From a virus (Duplodnaviria; Heunggongvirae; Uroviricota; Caudoviricetes): a stretch of DNA of 8,455 nucleotides. The position numbers and the translations under genes were made by a program. The stretch lies in the IMG/VR virus record IMGVR_UViG_2617270953_000002; one strand, given 5' to 3'. Below the pieces are notes generated by a model. The model saw nothing but the letters and a program-made list of their open reading frames with translations, was not told the origin of the DNA and did no database searches. This document shows positions 6,689 through 8,455 of this stretch, piece after piece (position 1 is the stretch's first letter; the number at the start of each line of letters is the position of its first letter).

Positions 6689-6982
6689 TCAGTCATTACT
6701 GATAGCGCCATAACGTGAGCGGTAATTACGCAGGCGCGGGTCAATTTCAGGGAAGTGGGTATATGTGGCTTTGCGGAATGGTCGGATTGATGTCTGGTAA
6801 ATTCGCTCGCGTTCTTCTTTCTCTGCAAGCCATATACAGTGGCGAAATTCCTTTTCCTCTTTCGTTTCCTGCGGTAGAGACATTATCCGGTCGTAGTTTT
6901 TTCTGAATTTATCCAGCACCTCCGATACGGAATTGCCGGAACAGCGGCGCACGTCGTCCGCACCATACAGAGGCGCTGGCAT
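6689..6982 (-). CDS. Hypothetical prophage protein, 97 aa
   Basis: ATG at 6982 with AAGGA about 9 nt upstream, 23 nt after the SSB stop. No family recognised. Confidence 0.65.
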   Translation of the reverse strand: MPAPLYGADDVRRCSGNSVSEVLDKFRKNYDRIMSLPQETKEEKEFRHCIWLAEKEERERIYQTSIRPFRKATYTHFPEIDPRLRNYRSRYGAISND

Positions 6983-7005
6983 AATTAAATCCTTATTGTT
7001 CTAAA

Positions 7006-7389
7006 TCAGAATGGGATGGAATCGTCGTATACAGGAGTGTTCTGCTGGTTACTACTTTGCCGCTGCGGGCCATTTCCTGAAGCTGCAAATCCAATCTTTG
7101 CATTCAGTAATTCAAGAGTGATTGATTGACCATTTTGCCCCTGATAAACATCAACCCTGATGTTTTCTCCGGTAATTTCCACAATTCCACCTTCAACAAG
7201 AACACTACGGTAGTAATCCGCTTGCGCTCCCGGCTTGGCAAATACAACGGCGCTGTAGTTTATCCATTCTTTCTTTTTTGTCTGGCGATCGTAATACTGA
7301 ACGCCAGCACGGATGTTGAATCCGATATTTTCCCCGGCCTGAAACTCTCTTGCGGGCTTGTTTAGTCTTACAGTAATCGAATGTGCCAT
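7006..7389 (-). CDS. ssb: Phage single-stranded DNA-binding protein (compact OB fold with acidic SSB-type C-terminal tip), 127 aa
   Basis: ATG at 7387-7389 overlaps the erf TAA (TAATG). The C-terminus ...NTPVYDDSIPF matches the conserved DDDIPF tip of bacterial SSB. The body (ITVRL...EWINYSAVVFAK...VLVEGGIVEITGENIRVDVYQGQNGQSITLELLNAKI) resembles OB-fold strands. The ORF track's 30-aa N-terminal extension would overlap erf. Confidence 0.7.
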   Translation of the reverse strand: MAHSITVRLNKPAREFQAGENIGFNIRAGVQYYDRQTKKKEWINYSAVVFAKPGAQADYYRSVLVEGGIVEITGENIRVDVYQGQNGQSITLELLNAKIGFAASGNGPQRQSSNQQNTPVYDDSIPF

Positions 7390-7994
7390 TAAGCAGCCGC
7401 TCCTTCTAATTCGTCTCGTCTGATGTTGTAAACGTCCTGCGCTTTGTGCTGCTCCGGTGTGCCTTCGAGCATCTTCCACGCTTTGGCGAACGCCTGTTTA
7501 AGCTCTTCCACGGTGTTTTTCTGCATTGCTGCGTCAGTGAATGCTTTTAGAACCTGTTCAGGTGTAGGTGATGGTTTTGATTGCTTTGCTGCTGCGTTCT
7601 GCTGATGTTTATGCTCGTCTGTATCTGCATCTTTCGCATCATCAATGCCGAACAAACCATTAAGGCAATACTTGCGCGCATAAGAGCTTGTAGCTCCAGT
7701 AACTTGTGCAGAATCCATTCCTTTCTTGCTTTCTTCCTCTCTTGCGAGAGCGGTTGCCGTATGACTGTTTTCGCCATCGGTAATAGTTGCCGTGGCTTTC
7801 ACGTAATACCGATCACCAATCAACACAACTTCATCGCTGATTGATAAAAACAGGCCATTCAGTAACGGCTTAACGCCTTCAAGAATGTCTTCGCAGCTTC
7901 TGTATTTATATTTACCGAATGAGTTGTACTGATTCTTTGGCGCGTTCAGATTCTCCTGAATAGCTGCCAGTCTTGCATAAAATTCTTTGCTCAT
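7389..7994 (-). CDS. erf: Erf-family single-strand annealing recombinase (essential recombination function), 201 aa
   Basis: From the ATG at 7994 the product begins MSKEFYARLAAIQENLNAPKNQYNSFGKYKYRSCEDILEGVKPLL...GDRYYVKATATITDGENSH...GATSSYARKYCLNGLFGIDDAKDA, matching phage P22 Erf through the N-terminal annealing domain (from memory). The C-terminal third seems divergent. Confidence 0.9.
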   Translation of the reverse strand: MSKEFYARLAAIQENLNAPKNQYNSFGKYKYRSCEDILEGVKPLLNGLFLSISDEVVLIGDRYYVKATATITDGENSHTATALAREEESKKGMDSAQVTGATSSYARKYCLNGLFGIDDAKDADTDEHKHQQNAAAKQSKPSPTPEQVLKAFTDAAMQKNTVEELKQAFAKAWKMLEGTPEQHKAQDVYNIRRDELEGAAA

Positions 7995-8095
7995 ATGATT
8001 GTTCTCAGAATGGACACGGCCCAAGGAAATAACGCTGATTTAATACTTCTACTCGGGACAAATTAAGGCATACCCGCATTCCTTCGCGGTCGCCA

Positions 8096-8254
8096 TTATG
8101 GCGATACCAGAGAGCTTTCTGCGTGTACATGCGTCTCTGTAACTTGCTCTCCTTCACTGTGGTTGCAAGTGACATGAATATCTCCTTCGTTACCGATTAA
8201 ATCTTTCATCTGACGAATGAATTCTTCGTCTGACCAGTTATCTGTAAAACTCAT
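8096..8254 (-). CDS. Small acidic/His-containing hypothetical protein, 52 aa, in the position occupied by kil in P22/lambda
   Basis: ATG at 8254 overlaps the TGA of the cIII-like gene (ATGA). Product MSFTDNWSDEEFIRQMKDLIGNEGDIHVTCNHSEGEQVTETHVHAESSLVSP. The functional call is positional only. Confidence 0.5.
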   Translation of the reverse strand: MSFTDNWSDEEFIRQMKDLIGNEGDIHVTCNHSEGEQVTETHVHAESSLVSP

Positions 8255-8421
8255 GGGCGGCCTTGTTGTTTCAAAATATCCCAAAGCTTTTCGAGCAAAC
8301 TTTTCATTCTTGGTTGTTTAAAGTCTGCTCCGGTTAGAATGTTTTTTCGTGAATGCTGTACCGATAAAATCGGGTTGAAAGGGCGAACCGATGCCGCCCC
8401 TGCAATAGCGAACTGTTGCAT
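8251..8421 (-). CDS. cIII: cIII-like small regulatory protein (candidate FtsH inhibitor), 56 aa; below the ORF-track size cutoff
   Basis: Hand translation of the minus strand gives ATG (8421) to TGA (8251): MQQFAIAGAASVRPFNPILSVQHSRKNILTGADFKQPRMKSLLEKLWDILKQQGRP, with strong GAAGGAG about 7 nt upstream. N-terminal MQ.FAIAG and C-terminal LL..L.DIL.Q.G.P resemble lambda CIII (MQYAIAG...RLIDILNQPGVP, from memory). The position upstream of kil/erf fits lambdoid order. Confidence 0.55.
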   Translation of the reverse strand: MQQFAIAGAASVRPFNPILSVQHSRKNILTGADFKQPRMKSLLEKLWDILKQQGRP

Positions 8422-8455
8422 AGGATGCTCCTTCTGTTTGATTGCATAACGAAAA

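Noticed and set aside
7006-7389. Host chromosomal ssb
   Set aside because: At 127 aa it is much shorter than host SSB, lacks the long Gly/Gln-rich linker, and is translationally fused to erf inside a phage operon. It is a phage-encoded SSB.
4144-7844. Plus-strand ORFs in the prophage arm (4144..4416, 4472..4756, 4829..5122, 5177..5413, 5795..6268, 6322..6510, 6527..6718, 6715..6906, 7126..7365, 7581..7844)
   Set aside because: Every one is antisense to a minus-strand gene that has SD and coupling support. None has an SD or recognisable motif, and the operon is uniformly leftward.
1-8455. CRISPR array, rRNA or large tandem repeats
   Set aside because: Reading both strands I found no regularly spaced direct repeats of 25-40 bp and no rRNA-like segments.

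Overview
This window looks like an enterobacterial (E. coli/Shigella-type) chromosomal segment at a tRNA-Thr (thrW-like) phage attachment hotspot, carrying the left arm of a P22-like lambdoid prophage next to a degraded older element. All family assignments below are from reading the translations; no database search was run. Left to right: (1) nt 1-359 is the 3' end of an IS3-family (IS600-like) insertion sequence, with a partial transposase on the + strand and its right inverted repeat. (2) nt 343-1551 is a minus-strand tyrosine integrase whose C-terminus is cut off by that IS just before the expected catalytic tyrosine. (3) nt 1552-1734 is an AT-rich spacer with helically phased short repeats. 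(4) nt 1735-1783 is a 49-nt 3' fragment of tRNA-Thr(CGU), an att core rather than a complete tRNA gene. (5) nt 1798-8421 is a single minus-strand early-left operon: int, xis, nine accessory genes of mostly unknown function, a compact SSB, the Erf recombinase, a small gene in the kil position, and a 56-aa cIII-like gene missing from the ORF track. Genes are chained by overlapping stop/start codons. I see no rRNA, CRISPR array or complete tRNA. I cannot point to one clearly novel system; the strongest candidates are the accessory genes between xis and ssb, notably an AT-rich zinc-ribbon moron, a possible acyltransferase-fold protein and a Cys/His-rich 214-aa protein.
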